A DNA stretch of 64,000 nucleotides from Takakia lepidozioides. Taxonomy: Eukaryota > Plantae > Bryophyta. A program made the position numbers and the translations under genes. Positions within the stretch are counted from its first letter, which is position 1; each line of letters opens with the position of its first letter. The stretch covers positions 32,612,001-32,676,000 of the forward strand of contig CM060734.1 of assembly GCA_030704615.1 (NCBI GenBank), in the 5' to 3' direction. Shown here piece by piece: positions 62,638 to 64,000 of this stretch. A model generated the notes under the pieces. The model did not search any database, had not been told where the DNA came from, and saw nothing but the letters and a program-made list of their open reading frames with translations.

Positions 62638-64000
62638 GAGCATGACAAAAGGTTATCAAATATGTTCCCGATTGAAGTGATGAACCCAAGGCGATGGGAA
62701 GGCCAAAGCCATGAGATATCAGCCTCCTCTCCCGCCATGACCACGGTGTGGAGCAAGCAAGTCCTTCATAAGGTAATCTTCTCCAGCAAAATATGTTGGC
62801 TAATTGGGCATGGAGAGTAAGGCATCCTTGAAGGTACCTGAGATAAGCATAGAACATCTAGGGCTTATGAATGCTGAAATTTTTGAGCTAGGCCTCGGTA
62901 AGACAGCTTGCTGGAGTAGACGTGTACACCTAATACATGATCCGGTCAATGCACATTACTCTTGTTTGCCGGTCCCCTGTAGCCGATGCCTTATGTCAGA
63001 TTTAGATACCTTACGATAAGAATGAGTTCCATTTCTTTGGCTCAAATGTTTCTATGTTTCTCCTGGTTATGGCTTTGCTCTTTATAGCACCATAAAAAAA
63101 TACCCAATTATGATATGCTGCTGGTAGATGTTTTTGTCTGAATATAACCAGGTGGTAAACCCCTGCCAGACTTCATTACCTAAGTCCCAATACCTGCCCC
63201 CTTGGGTTTTGTACACATGTTTTACCCAAAACAAGGGGTGGGTAAACACTAAAAGTTTGATATAAGATTTCCCGATTGTTACTTTATGACAATCATTAGG
63301 GGCGACTATCTCTTGTTCCCTATGGCATACTGATGTGACAATGGAGCAATGATATGACAAGCTGATGGCTTTAAAGAATTTATCTGGTAACATGCTACAA
63401 TGTAGGGCAGACCTGTTTTCATGACCAGACAGTGTTCTTGAATGTACAAGCATTGGAAACTTAGCCTCTTTTAGAAGCCGGTTACTCTAGGACACTTGAT
63501 ACCGTGCCAAACTGATATGGATGGATCTTTTGTGGCCAAATCTGGTCCTTGGTTATATGCCCTTGAATGTTTACCTATTTTCCAAAACGGTAAGACATTG
63601 GTAGATGCGAAGAGAATGATTCAGGCATTGTATTCAAGTCGCTTTAGGATAAATATACCAAAGTAACCTGCAGGCCTGATGGGATGAGCAATACAGATTC
63701 TTTGTGTTTCCTATGGATGATTGCATGGCATGTAAATCTGATTACAGCCTGTTATGGTAATGATTTCCCTACCCCAGACATAGAACTTGGTCTTGGGGCA
63801 TGGAATAAGAGGTGGGAATATTACTCTACCCTGTCATTGAAATTACACACCAGCCCCAGATCTAAAACAGATCAGGGGGCAAAAAACATGGTGTCAATAA
63901 GTGACTTGATGTGCAAAATAGGGCAGCTGATTACCCCTTGTTGTATAAGCTGCCAAATATCAGTCCGTAACCCTGCTTCGGTGATGTTCTTTATGTAAAG

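Noticed and set aside
62640-64000. Possible degenerate LINE coding sequence
   Set aside because: Only vague motif resemblance; not supportable without a search.

Overview
Eukaryotic land-plant nuclear DNA. PPR style and a TTLL fragment suggest a non-flowering lineage; the species cannot be determined. Left part: 3' exons of a dynamin-related DRP1 gene (+), a BTB/POZ gene (-), a GT61 glycosyltransferase gene (-) and stacked 5'-truncated LINE copies. Centre: a ~26.6-kb CACTA element (21077-47715, matching 23-bp TIRs) with head-to-head TnpD and TnpA-like genes, the latter carrying an FCP1/NIF phosphatase-like domain. Nested in it are a 5-kb Pack-CACTA (TSD GCA) filled with pieces of a PPR gene, a 7.6-kb hAT element (TSD GTTGAGAC) carrying a PR-1/Cu-Zn-SOD chimeric ORF, fragments of TL20.3 and TTLL genes, an internal inversion and a PPR-derived minisatellite. 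Right part: a PLS-E-DYW PPR gene (-) whose spliced 5' exons encode tandem PDF motifs of the OSB organellar ssDNA-binding proteins, plus a pseudogene copy. The most notable item is this apparent PDF(OSB)-PPR-DYW fusion, relics of which recur inside the neighbouring transposons. All calls come from manual reading; no database search was run.
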